Shown: piece by piece, positions 26,994 to 36,519 of the stretch
Layout of the letters: every line of letters starts with the position of its first letter
Position numbering within the stretch: position 1 is the stretch's first letter
NCBI GenBank assembly: GCA_040386535.1
Contig: JAZKFH010000057.1
Location: 1 to 64,000 of the forward strand
DNA: 64,000 bases
Direction of reading: 5' to 3'
Source: Myxococcota bacterium
GTDB lineage: Bacteria > Myxococcota_A > UBA796 > SXON01
Made by a program: the position numbers and the translations under genes
The notes under the pieces: generated by a model
Database searches by the model: none
Told to the model about the DNA's origin: nothing
Seen by the model: only the letters and a program-made list of their open reading frames with translations

Positions 26994-28658
26994 CTACTCC
27001 TGGCCCCCGAGCACGGCGACTTCGAGGGTGCCCGACACGGTCCCGCCCTCTTCGAGCGAGATCGTGTCGAAGCGGATGCTCCCGAACCCGAGCCAGGCGG
27101 CGGTGCTCCACTGGCCGCCGGTGTCGGGCGAGTTGTAGAGCAGCAGCCCTTCGGCGAGCGCCCCGTCCATCGGGATGTCGACGCCCGCCACGAGCGCCTC
27201 GGGCTGGAGCGTGACGTAAGGCGCCAGGTACGTGTTGTCCGCGAGGGTGCTGATGGTCAGCCAGAGCGCGGTGCCGTCGCCCACCCAGCCCGCGGTCACG
27301 CCGTCGGCGGTGGTCGGGTACGGCACGTCGCGGATGACGTAGTCGACGGTGACGTCGCCCTCGTTGAGCAGGTCGCCGCCGGGGTAGCTGCCCCAGGTCG
27401 TCGTGAAGTCGACACGCACGGTGCCGACGCTGGTCCAGCACGGGTTGCCGCGCAGGGCGGCGGGGGACACGGGATCGCCGATGGCGGCCTCGATGTCGGC
27501 GCGGCGGTCGGCCACGATGTCGCGCAGATCCCCGATGGCCTGGCGCTGCTCTCGCGTGGAGACGCCCTGGAGCAGATCCTTCCAGTCGTCGACGCGGTCC
27601 AGACGCGCGTCCTCGTCCCACGCCTCGTCCAGGAGCCGCTGGAGGGCGGCCTCGTAGCGGTCCTTGCCCTCGGGGTGCTGGATGAGGCGGTGCGCGAGCG
27701 CGCTCACCGTCGCGACCCACACGGGCTCGCCGGGGCCGAAGGGCTCGGCGCGGTCGAACGCGGCGTCGGGGCCGCTCGCGATGAACTCGAGCCGGCCGTC
27801 CTCCGGCGCCGCGTACACGTAGAAGTTGTTGGTGTTGCCGTTGTACCCGTCCCAATGGCCGGCCACGGACTCGGCGGCCCAGAAGGTGAAGTACGCGTCG
27901 AGGTCGAGCACCGCGTCGAGCGCGTCGAGGAGCTCGTCATCGTCGGCTTCGAGCGCGGTGAGCACCGCCCGGGGCTCCGCGCCGAGGCTCTCGTCGTTCT
28001 CGCCCTCGAACGTCTCGACCCACTCCGCGCGGAAATCGGAGAGCGCGCCCTCGTACATCACACCCGGCGCGGCCCCGCGCACCCGCGTCACCAGGGCCTC
28101 GTCGATGGCCTCGGTGTGGTCGTAGATGCCCATGTCCACGCCGTTGACGGTCACGTGCGCGAGCGAGCACCGCGGCGCCACGAGCCCCGCGTCCGCGAAC
28201 CAGCCGTGCGCAAGGCAGGTGCGGAGCCGGCTCGCATCCTGGTTGTTGTTGTTGAACACGAGCTTCTCCAGCCCGTGGAAGCGCGCGTCGGGCGTGGCGT
28301 GGTCGACGCTGATGCGGAGGCTGGGCCGCTCTGTCGAGAGCGAGCCGATCAGCCCCTTCTTGCGCACCCCGACGGTGCCCATCGCCTCGCCGTCGAACGT
28401 GACCTCGGCATCGAACCACGTGTACGGGCTCTCCCACGGCCCCTCGAAGCAGCCGTCGCCGAGCAGATCGTAGTAGCTGCGCTCCTGCACACGGAGGGCG
28501 TCCCAGTCGTCGGGATCGAGGGTGATCGCGACCTCGTGGAGCACGTCGGGATCGTAGAGCGCGGCGGCGTCATCGGGCGCGGGGGGAGCGGTGTCCTCGT
28601 CGTCGGGGTGGCCGCCGACGATGGGCGTGGCGGTGCAGGCGAGGAGGAGGAGGAGCAT
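26994..28658 (-). CDS. CotH-family kinase lipoprotein (1)
   Basis: VGVRKKG, RPSLRI, LEKLVFNNNNQD, APRC, GHWDGY..NNFY. Confidence 0.9.
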   Translation of the reverse strand: MLLLLLACTATPIVGGHPDDEDTAPPAPDDAAALYDPDVLHEVAITLDPDDWDALRVQERSYYDLLGDGCFEGPWESPYTWFDAEVTFDGEAMGTVGVRKKGLIGSLSTERPSLRISVDHATPDARFHGLEKLVFNNNNQDASRLRTCLAHGWFADAGLVAPRCSLAHVTVNGVDMGIYDHTEAIDEALVTRVRGAAPGVMYEGALSDFRAEWVETFEGENDESLGAEPRAVLTALEADDDELLDALDAVLDLDAYFTFWAAESVAGHWDGYNGNTNNFYVYAAPEDGRLEFIASGPDAAFDRAEPFGPGEPVWVATVSALAHRLIQHPEGKDRYEAALQRLLDEAWDEDARLDRVDDWKDLLQGVSTREQRQAIGDLRDIVADRRADIEAAIGDPVSPAALRGNPCWTSVGTVRVDFTTTWGSYPGGDLLNEGDVTVDYVIRDVPYPTTADGVTAGWVGDGTALWLTISTLADNTYLAPYVTLQPEALVAGVDIPMDGALAEGLLLYNSPDTGGQWSTAAWLGFGSIRFDTISLEEGGTVSGTLEVAVLGGQE

Positions 28659-28774
28659 GGGGTCTGTTTGACACGGGGGGAGGGGGAGGGGGGAAGGGAA
28701 TCTGCTCGTCCTCGCGATTGCCCACCGCCGCGCTCCCCCTCGCTCCCGACGCCCCCTCGGGCTACCCCGCCCGC

Positions 28775-29779
28775 ATGTGGCTCCTCCTGCTCTCCCTCGC
28801 CCGCGCGATCGCGGCCCCCCTCGAACCCACCGAGGACTACGGCACCTGGGCCGCCGCCGCGCCCGTCGTCGCGCACCCCGAGCCCGCCTACCAGTTCGCG
28901 GCCGAGCTTCACCACGCGATCGCGCCCCTCGTGGCCGCGCGCCCCGGCGTGATCCGGCCGTTCCGGGTCGGGACCACCACGCAGGACCGCCCGATCTGGG
29001 GGTTCCGCGTCTCGCGCCCCGGTGAGGCGCCGGCGAAGAAGCTCCTCGTGTTCGCCAACATCCATGCGCTCGAGTGGGTGCCGTCGGAGATCGCGGTCGC
29101 GTTCCTGACGGAGATCGTGGCGAATCCGCCCGAGGGCGTCGAGATCACGGTGATCCCCTCGCTCAACCCCGACGGGCGCGCCAAGGTCGAGGCCGACCTG
29201 CTTGCGGGCGAGAACAAGTACCGCCGGGGCAACGCAGAGAATGTCGACTTGAACCGTGACTTTCCGGTGAACCGCGAGGCGAAGGCGGTGTGGCGGCATC
29301 TCCTGCCGAGCCGGTACGCGACCAGCCCGGCGCCGCTGTCCCAGCCCGAGTCCCGCGCGCTCGACGCGCTCGCGGCGGCCGAGCGGTTCGACGTGGCGGT
29401 GTCGCTGCACAGCTTCGGCGGGTTCCTCTACTACCCGTGGGCCGGGCTGTGGGAGCGGCCCGACGACTGGGCCGAGATGCACCGGCTCGGGGTGGTGATG
29501 CAGTCGGCCATGGGCGCGCACGCCTACAAGCCGCGGCAGCTGGCGCGGTGGGGGTTCTTCTTCCGCGGGCACGGGATGGAGATCGACCACCTCTACGGCA
29601 CCTACGGCACGAAGTCCTTCCTGATCGAGACCACGCGGTCGGGCCTCTCGCCGTTCCGCCCGAAGGACTGGGGCAACCATTTTCGCTGGTACAACCCCAA
29701 GGAACCCGAGCGGCACGTCCGCGAGGGGCTCCGGGCGCTCCGCGCGCTCGCCCACGAGGTCGGCGGGCACCTCGGGTAG
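28775..29779 (+). CDS. M14 zinc carboxypeptidase
   Basis: IHALE, LNPDG, RGNAENVDLNRDF, SLHSF. Confidence 0.9.
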   Translation: MWLLLLSLARAIAAPLEPTEDYGTWAAAAPVVAHPEPAYQFAAELHHAIAPLVAARPGVIRPFRVGTTTQDRPIWGFRVSRPGEAPAKKLLVFANIHALEWVPSEIAVAFLTEIVANPPEGVEITVIPSLNPDGRAKVEADLLAGENKYRRGNAENVDLNRDFPVNREAKAVWRHLLPSRYATSPAPLSQPESRALDALAAAERFDVAVSLHSFGGFLYYPWAGLWERPDDWAEMHRLGVVMQSAMGAHAYKPRQLARWGFFFRGHGMEIDHLYGTYGTKSFLIETTRSGLSPFRPKDWGNHFRWYNPKEPERHVREGLRALRALAHEVGGHLG

Positions 29780-29947
29780 GGCACGTGGACCGGCGGGGAA
29801 CCGGCTCCCGCCGCCGAAAGCGACACGCGTTGACGCGCGCTGCCCCTTGACGTTTGCCTCGCGGTGATAACAGGTGGCCCGCCCTTCCTGCCTCACCCTT
29901 CCAGCCGCGCCCCTCCGCGGCACGCCTCCAAGCAACGGTAGCAATCG

Positions 29948-30883
29948 ATGATCACTGTCGAAGGCCTCACCCACTACTACGGGGAGCGCCGCGCCATCGA
30001 GGACATCCGGTTCGAGATCTCGAAGAACGAGATCGTCGGGTTCCTCGGGCTCAACGGCGCGGGCAAGAGCACGACGCTCCGCATCCTCGCGGGCCTGCTC
30101 GTCCCCTCCGCCGGCTCGATCACGGTCGACGGCGTGGACCTCGTGTCCGCCGGCGCCATCTCCCGCGCGAGCATCGGGTACCTGCCCGAAGATCCGCCGC
30201 TCTACAAGGAGATGACCGTCCGCGAGTTCGTCGCCTTCTGCGGCGAGCTCAAGGGGCTCGACGCGGCCACGGTCACCAGCCGCCTCGATGGCGTGCTCAA
30301 GATCGCGCAGCTCACGCACGTGCAGCACCGCGTCATCCAGGAGCTCTCGCACGGCTACCGGAAGCGCTGCGGCATCGCCCAGGCGATCATCCACAAGCCG
30401 AAGCTGGTCATCCTCGACGAGCCGATCAGCGGCCTCGATCCCCGCCAGATCGTCGAGATGCGCCAGGTCATCCGCGAGCTGGCGAAGGACTGCACGGTCC
30501 TCATCTCCAGCCACATCCTCGGCGAGATCTCCGAGACCTGTGACCGCATCCTCGTGCTCGCCGGCGGCAAGATCGTCGCGCAGGGCACCGAGGCCGAGCT
30601 GGCCGCACGTGCGGGCGGTGTGGGCGCGCGGCTCACCCTGGTCGTGCGCGGCAGCGCGGCGGCGATCGACGCGGCGCTCACCGCGGGCGCCGGCGTCCTC
30701 CGCTACGACAAGCACGAGGAGCCGGGCGGTCTGTGGCGCCTGCACGTTTCCCTCACGACGGACGGTCGGGAGGAGCTCGTCACCAATCTGGTCAAGGCCG
30801 GCGTCGGCATCCGCAAGATGACGGAGGACGAGTCGGAGCTCGAGCAGATCTTCCTCGGTCTGACCCAGGGGGCATCGGCATGA
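29948..30883 (+). CDS. ABC transporter ATP-binding protein (GldA-like)
   Basis: GLNGAGKST, LSHGYRKR, ILDEP, SSHIL. Confidence 0.95.
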   Translation: MITVEGLTHYYGERRAIEDIRFEISKNEIVGFLGLNGAGKSTTLRILAGLLVPSAGSITVDGVDLVSAGAISRASIGYLPEDPPLYKEMTVREFVAFCGELKGLDAATVTSRLDGVLKIAQLTHVQHRVIQELSHGYRKRCGIAQAIIHKPKLVILDEPISGLDPRQIVEMRQVIRELAKDCTVLISSHILGEISETCDRILVLAGGKIVAQGTEAELAARAGGVGARLTLVVRGSAAAIDAALTAGAGVLRYDKHEEPGGLWRLHVSLTTDGREELVTNLVKAGVGIRKMTEDESELEQIFLGLTQGASA

Positions 30884-31605
30884 AAGGCATCCTCCTCGTC
30901 GCGAAGCGCGACTTCTGGGCCTACATCAACACGGTCTGGGGCTGGGCGATCCTCGCGCTCGCGCTCCTCATCGACGGCCTGCTGTTCAACGTCTTCGGCC
31001 TCACGGGCGCCGCCCGCTACTCGGCCGAGGTGCTGAACCAGTTCATCTACCTCACCGGCGGCGTGGTGCTCGCCGTGTCGATCTTCATCACGATGCGCCT
31101 GTTCGCCGAAGAGCGGCAGACCGGCACCATCGTGCTGCTCGACAGCTCGCCGCTCTCCGAGGGCCAGATCGTCTTCGGCAAGTACCTCTCGGGGATGGCG
31201 TTCCTCACCGTCTTTGCGCTCTGCACCAGCTTCATGCCGGCGATGATCTTCGTGAACGGCAAGGTGAGCATCGAGCAGATCGCCGTGGGCTACTTCGGCC
31301 TGTTGCTCATGGGCTCGGCCGCCATCGCGCTCGGCACCTGGGCGAGCTCGATCTCGCGCAACCAGCTGCTCGCGGGCGTCATCTCCACCGTCATCACGGT
31401 CTTCTTCGTGATGTGCTGGATGCTGGCCCGCGTCGTGGATCCGCCCTTCAAGGCGATCATCAGCTACGTCGCCTTCTACGACAAGCAGCTCCAGCCCTTC
31501 CAGGACGGCCGGATCGACACCTCGGGGGTCTTCTTCTTCGTGTCGATCACCTTCGCCTTCCTCCTCCTCGCCAACCGCTCCTTGATCGCCCGGAGGTGGG
31601 AATGA
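30880..31605 (+). CDS. ABC-2 permease (GldF-like)
   Basis: ITMRLFAEERQTGT, GKYL, six TMs; ATGA overlap. Confidence 0.92.
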   Translation: MKGILLVAKRDFWAYINTVWGWAILALALLIDGLLFNVFGLTGAARYSAEVLNQFIYLTGGVVLAVSIFITMRLFAEERQTGTIVLLDSSPLSEGQIVFGKYLSGMAFLTVFALCTSFMPAMIFVNGKVSIEQIAVGYFGLLLMGSAAIALGTWASSISRNQLLAGVISTVITVFFVMCWMLARVVDPPFKAIISYVAFYDKQLQPFQDGRIDTSGVFFFVSITFAFLLLANRSLIARRWE

Positions 31606-33386
31606 GCCCGTCCGGCATCTCGTACCTGATCGGCTTCTTCGCCATCTTCCTCGCCGAGCGCATGTTCGGCGGGAACGATGTCGTCCGCTGGTCCCTCCTC
31701 GGCATCGGCGGCCTGCTCGCGCTCGGCGCCGTCGCGCTGCGCGCCACCACCCTTTCCAAGCACCCCGCGGCCACCAAGACCGCGCTCGGGTTCTACGTCC
31801 TCTCGCTCTCGTCGCTCGCGCTCTACGTCGCGGGTGGCAAGGCCGTGGTGGACGGGCTCGGACTCTCCGCTGAGTCCGCCGAGCACATGCGCACCGCGCT
31901 CCAGGTGCTCGCGCCGCTCGTGTGGTTCATCGGCGCGCTGCCGGCGCTCGCGATCGACCGCACGCTGAACACGAGCCCCCAGAGCGTGCACCCCCGCCGC
32001 CTCCAGACCGCCATCGAAGGCGGCCTGATCCTGGCGTTCGGCCTCGCCATGTTGTTCCCGATGAACTGGCTGGCGAAGGAGTACAACGAGCGCTTCGACT
32101 ACGGGTTCTTCAAGACCACCGCGGTGGGCGAGTCCACCCGGTCGATCGTGGACAACCTGACCGAGCCCATCCGCGTCGTGTTGTTCTTCCCCGCGTCGAG
32201 CGAGGTGCTGCGCGAGGTCGAGCCGTACTTCTCCAGCCTCGAGGGCCCCAACGTCAGCGTCGAGATCATGGATCACGCGATGGCGCCGGAGCTCGCCAAG
32301 GAGTGGAAGGTCAAGGACAACGGCAGCGTCGCGTTCGTGCGCGGGGAAGCCGTGGAGACCCTCAAGCTCGGCGACAAGCTGGACAGCGCCCGCAAGGAGC
32401 TCCGCAAGCTCGACAGCAAGGTGCAGACCGCGCTGCTCAAGCTCTCGCGCGACAAGCGCACCGCGTACTTCACCGTGGGCCACGAAGAGGCCTACTGGAA
32501 GGGCGCCGCCTCCGAAGAGGAGAACACCGACACCTTGAAGAAGGCCATCGAAGGCCTCAACTTCAAGGTCAAGGAGCTCGGCGTGGACGACGGCCTGGCC
32601 CAGGCCATCCCGGACGACGCGGCGGTGGTGTTCATCACGGGGCCCAAGCGCCCCTTCCTCGACGAAGAGATCAACGCGCTCAAGGAGTACCGGGATCGCG
32701 GCGGCGCCGTGTTCCTCATGCTCGAGCCGAGCGACACGCCGGATCCGGCGCTCGCCGCGCTGTTCGGCGTGCAGTACACGTCGAGCCCCGTGCTCTCCGA
32801 CAAGGCCTTCCTCCGGGTCACCGGCGGCCTGTCCGACCGCGCGTTCGTCGGCACCAACAAGTACAGCTCGCACGAGTCGGTCACGACGCTCTCCAAGAAC
32901 GCCGCCCAGGCCACGTTCATCACGCCCCAGACCGGCGCGGTGAAGGAGCTCGAGGGTGAGCACGCCGGCAAGGTGACCGTGACCGTGAAGGGCATGCCCG
33001 ACTGGTTCGCGGACACCAACGGCAACTACGAGTTCGACAAGGACGCCGAGAAGCGCGGCGCCGGGTACGACCTCGCGGCCGTCGTGGCCGGGCCGTCCAG
33101 CGGCGACAAGGAGTGGCGCGCGGCCGTGGTGGCCGACACCACCTGGGCGTCCAACACCTTCATCCGCAACGCGGCCAACGCGTACTACCTCGTCGACACG
33201 CTCGGCTGGCTCACCCAGGACCCCGCGCTCTCCGGTGAAGTGGAGAACGAGGAGGACGTGAAGATCCAGCACACCAAGGAAGGCGAGGCGGTGTGGTTCT
33301 ACGGGACGAGCGCGCTCGTGCCCGCGCTGGTCTTCTTCGGCGGCATGGTCCGCGTGAACAGCCGCCGCCGCAAGGGGAACGCATGA
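31602..33386 (+). CDS. GldG-family ABC auxiliary protein with extra N-terminal TMs
   Basis: YFTVGHEE, IPDDAAVVFITGPKRPF, RGGAVFLMLEP. Confidence 0.88.
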   Translation: MSPSGISYLIGFFAIFLAERMFGGNDVVRWSLLGIGGLLALGAVALRATTLSKHPAATKTALGFYVLSLSSLALYVAGGKAVVDGLGLSAESAEHMRTALQVLAPLVWFIGALPALAIDRTLNTSPQSVHPRRLQTAIEGGLILAFGLAMLFPMNWLAKEYNERFDYGFFKTTAVGESTRSIVDNLTEPIRVVLFFPASSEVLREVEPYFSSLEGPNVSVEIMDHAMAPELAKEWKVKDNGSVAFVRGEAVETLKLGDKLDSARKELRKLDSKVQTALLKLSRDKRTAYFTVGHEEAYWKGAASEEENTDTLKKAIEGLNFKVKELGVDDGLAQAIPDDAAVVFITGPKRPFLDEEINALKEYRDRGGAVFLMLEPSDTPDPALAALFGVQYTSSPVLSDKAFLRVTGGLSDRAFVGTNKYSSHESVTTLSKNAAQATFITPQTGAVKELEGEHAGKVTVTVKGMPDWFADTNGNYEFDKDAEKRGAGYDLAAVVAGPSSGDKEWRAAVVADTTWASNTFIRNAANAYYLVDTLGWLTQDPALSGEVENEEDVKIQHTKEGEAVWFYGTSALVPALVFFGGMVRVNSRRRKGNA

Positions 33387-34534
33387 ACAAGTCCGTCATC
33401 GTCTTCGCGGGATTGCTCGTGCTCTCCCTGGGCGGCGCCTGGATGCGCTACACGGGCGGGGAAGAGACCCAGAAGGAAGGCGTCGTGCTGATCGACGCCA
33501 AGGCGACCGAGCTCGAGAAGGTGGTCTACACCTCGCCAGAGCTCACGGTCACGTTCGAGCTGCGCACCGACGACTTCGGCCGCTACGGCTGGATCACCGT
33601 CGAGGATCGCAAGAAGAAGGGCAAGGACGACGCAATTCCGGTCGAGGCCAAGGTGACCCGCTTCAAGACGGGCGTGGCGGCCGACAAGGTGGTCGAGGCG
33701 TTCGCGCCGATGGTCGGGCTCCGCAAGCTCGAGAACGTCGACGACACCCAGCTCACGTCGTTCGGGCTCAAGGAGTCCGACACCACGGTCACCATCTCGG
33801 CCGGCGGCAAGACCACCACCTTCGAGCTCGGCGGGGAGACCTACGGCACGAAGGACCGCTACGCCAAGAACCAGGGCGACGGCAAGGTCTACGTCATCGA
33901 CGACGAGCCGTTCAAGACGCTCAAGTTCGCCGCGACCCGGCTGCCCGAGCGCGGCCTGACCGCGAGCAAGGTCGAGCAGATCGAGGGCCTGTCCCTCGGC
34001 GTCGGCGCGACCAACGCGTCGTGGACGCAGAAGAACAAGGACGACAAGGCCGCCGCGTACTGGGAGCGCACCGAGGCTGCTGGCGCGGCTGCGTCCGGCA
34101 AGGACGAGACCTTCGGCAACTGGATCGACAAGGCGCTCAAGCTCAAGAGCACGGCCTACGTGCAGGACGGCGAGGCCCCTGCGGAGCTGGTGCCCGGCTT
34201 CGATCTGACCGTGCGCGCCGCCGGCCAGAAGCCGGAGACCATCCAGCTGCTCCAGGGCGGCGAGGACTGGTACGCCAAGTCGGAGTCCACCCGCGGCCTC
34301 GTGAAGCTGTCGCGCGGCCCCGCCAAGGATGCCGCCGAGGACGCGAAGGACGTGGTCGAGGGCAAGGAGCCCCCGCCCGACGCGCCGCCCGCCCCGGGCA
34401 CCGCCGAGGCTGGTGGCGCCATGCCGCCCGGAATGGGCAGCCCCCACGGTGGCCCCCTCGGAGGGCCGCCCGGTGGGGCCCCCGGAATGATGCCGCCGGG
34501 CCGCCCGCCGCCCCCGCCGCCGGCCCCGAAGTAG
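33383..34534 (+). CDS. DUF4340 domain protein with Pro/Gly-rich tail
   Basis: Single TM, SFGL, ELGGET..RY..VYVID; typical fourth gene of GldAFG-type clusters. Confidence 0.8.
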   Translation: MNKSVIVFAGLLVLSLGGAWMRYTGGEETQKEGVVLIDAKATELEKVVYTSPELTVTFELRTDDFGRYGWITVEDRKKKGKDDAIPVEAKVTRFKTGVAADKVVEAFAPMVGLRKLENVDDTQLTSFGLKESDTTVTISAGGKTTTFELGGETYGTKDRYAKNQGDGKVYVIDDEPFKTLKFAATRLPERGLTASKVEQIEGLSLGVGATNASWTQKNKDDKAAAYWERTEAAGAAASGKDETFGNWIDKALKLKSTAYVQDGEAPAELVPGFDLTVRAAGQKPETIQLLQGGEDWYAKSESTRGLVKLSRGPAKDAAEDAKDVVEGKEPPPDAPPAPGTAEAGGAMPPGMGSPHGGPLGGPPGGAPGMMPPGRPPPPPPAPK

Positions 34535-34553
34535 CCCCCTCTCGTGACGCGAG

Positions 34554-34586
34554 CGCCGCCCCTCCCCGGGCGGCGTTCTTCGTTTT
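34554..34586 (+). terminator. Rho-independent terminator
   Basis: CGCCGCCC-ctcccc-GGGCGGCG followed by TTCTTCGTTTT. Confidence 0.75.
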
Positions 34587-34619
34587 GCACGGACGGCCCG
34601 CCTGGTGCACCATTGCCGC

Positions 34620-35477
34620 ATGAAGCTCTTCATCTGCGCCGACATGGAAGGCGCCACCGGCATCGTGCACCGCGACCAGCTCCTCGACGAGGGCGGCGCC
34701 CGCTACGTGGCGGGGTGCCGGAGCCTCACCGCCGACATCAACGCCGCCATCGAGGGCGCGATCGAGGCCGGCTTCGACGAGGTGGTCATCTCCGAGGGGC
34801 ACGCGCACATGCGCAACGTGGTGCTGGAGGAGCTCCACCCCGCCGCGCGCCTCATCCGCGGGCCCGCCACCTTCGTGAACAAGCCGCTCTGCCAGATCGC
34901 GGGGCTCGACGCGTCGTTCCAGCTCGCGTTCTTCCTCGGCTTCCACAGCCGCGCAGGCACCCCCGGGGGGCTGCTCTCGCACACGTGGGCGGGGTCGATC
35001 GTCCACGAGATCACCGTCAACGGGAAGGTGTTCGGGGAGACGGCGATCAACGCCGCGATCTGCGGCGCGTTCGGCGTGCCCGTGGGGCTCGTGTGCGGCG
35101 CCGACGACGTGGCGCGCGAGGCCACGGTCGACCTCGGGAACGTCGAGGTGGCCGTCACCAAGAAGGCGATGGGCTTCAACATCGCGGAGTGTTGGGGGCC
35201 GAAGGCGACGCACGGCATCATCCGCGCCGCCGCCCTCCGCGCCGCGAAGCGCTACCTCGCGGACGACTTCGCCCCCTTCCACGTCGGCACGCCCGTGGTC
35301 GCCGAGCTCGAGACGCACCGGCGCGAGATGGCCGAGCGGATGGGCGTGGTGGCCGGCCTGGAGCGCATCGGGCCCCGCCGCGTCCGCGCGATCGCGGACC
35401 GCCCGGACGTGGCGCTCTCGATGTTGTGGCACGCGGTGACCGAGGCCTTCCACGAGCCGGCGGGCTGGTTGAAGTAG
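34620..35477 (+). CDS. M55 family D-aminopeptidase (DppA-like)
   Basis: MKLFICADMEG, EGH..MRN, GFHSRAG, LSHT, GETAINA. Confidence 0.93.
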   Translation: MKLFICADMEGATGIVHRDQLLDEGGARYVAGCRSLTADINAAIEGAIEAGFDEVVISEGHAHMRNVVLEELHPAARLIRGPATFVNKPLCQIAGLDASFQLAFFLGFHSRAGTPGGLLSHTWAGSIVHEITVNGKVFGETAINAAICGAFGVPVGLVCGADDVAREATVDLGNVEVAVTKKAMGFNIAECWGPKATHGIIRAAALRAAKRYLADDFAPFHVGTPVVAELETHRREMAERMGVVAGLERIGPRRVRAIADRPDVALSMLWHAVTEAFHEPAGWLK

Positions 35478-35540
35478 GTTTTCTCCCCGGAGCGCGCCTC
35501 CCCGCCGCACGGTGGCTAGATCCGCGGCTTCGGGGGGCTC

Positions 35541-36503
35541 GTGACCCAGGATCCGCTCATCCTTCTCGTCGAGGACGGGGAGGACGACATCGAGCTGGCG
35601 CAGATGGCGCTCCGCGAGAGCGGCTACCCGCATCGCCTCCGCATCGTGCGCGACGGGAAGGAGGCAGTCGCGTACCTCCACAGCGACGAGACGTTCGCGG
35701 AGGTCCCCGCCGTCGTGCTGCTCGACATGAACCTGCCGTTTCTGGACGGGCGCACCGTGTTGTCCGAGCTCCGCGGGAGCCCGTGCACCGCCCGCGTGCC
35801 GGTCGTCATCCTGAGCAGCTCGCGTCTCGAGCAGGACGTGCTCGACGCCTACACCCTCGGGGCCAACTCCTACGTGCAGAAGCCGTTGGACTTCGGCGCG
35901 TTCCGCGCCGGCGTCTCGGTGTTGCTGACCTCGTGGTTGCGGCTGAACGTCCCCGCGCGCGCGGAGGGCGCGGTATCGGAGCGCGGTCCGCTGCCCCGCG
36001 TGCGCACGCCTTCCGTCGGGAAGGACGGCGCCGTGCAGGGTGCCGAGATCGTCGTGGTGGACGCGACCGCGGCCGACCGGGCCGCCACGATCGGGGCGCT
36101 ACGAGAGGTGGTCGGGACCGAGACCATCGTGGGCCTCTCGACCTTCCGCGAGGTTGCGCAGGTGCTGCAACAATCGGGAGGGCCGCCCCCGCGCCTCAAG
36201 CCGGGCACCCCCCGCCTCCTGTTCGTGGACCCCGCGCTCCCCGACGGGGACGGCCGGGATCTCCTCCAGGCCATCCGCTATCGGTGCGATCACCACATCC
36301 TCATCGTCGTGTTCGCGCGCGAGTCCGAGCCCGCGTTCGTGAGCGAGTGCTACCGACTCAAGGTCAACAGCGTGGTGTGCAAGCCCGACGACCCCGAGGT
36401 GTACCGCGAGACCGTGCGCCTGCTGGGCCACTACTGGATCGTGATGAACGAGCGGCCGCCCCGCCCGGAGAGCACGCTGCGGCCGTACGCGACCCCGGGC
36501 TGA
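35541..36503 (+). CDS. Response regulator made of two tandem receiver domains (Rcp1-like)
   Basis: LLVED..LLDMNLP..GANSYVQKP and VVVD..FVDPALPDGDG..VNSVVCKP..YW. Confidence 0.85.
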   Translation: MTQDPLILLVEDGEDDIELAQMALRESGYPHRLRIVRDGKEAVAYLHSDETFAEVPAVVLLDMNLPFLDGRTVLSELRGSPCTARVPVVILSSSRLEQDVLDAYTLGANSYVQKPLDFGAFRAGVSVLLTSWLRLNVPARAEGAVSERGPLPRVRTPSVGKDGAVQGAEIVVVDATAADRAATIGALREVVGTETIVGLSTFREVAQVLQQSGGPPPRLKPGTPRLLFVDPALPDGDGRDLLQAIRYRCDHHILIVVFARESEPAFVSECYRLKVNSVVCKPDDPEVYRETVRLLGHYWIVMNERPPRPESTLRPYATPG

Positions 36504-36519
36504 CCCTACCGGCCTGCCC

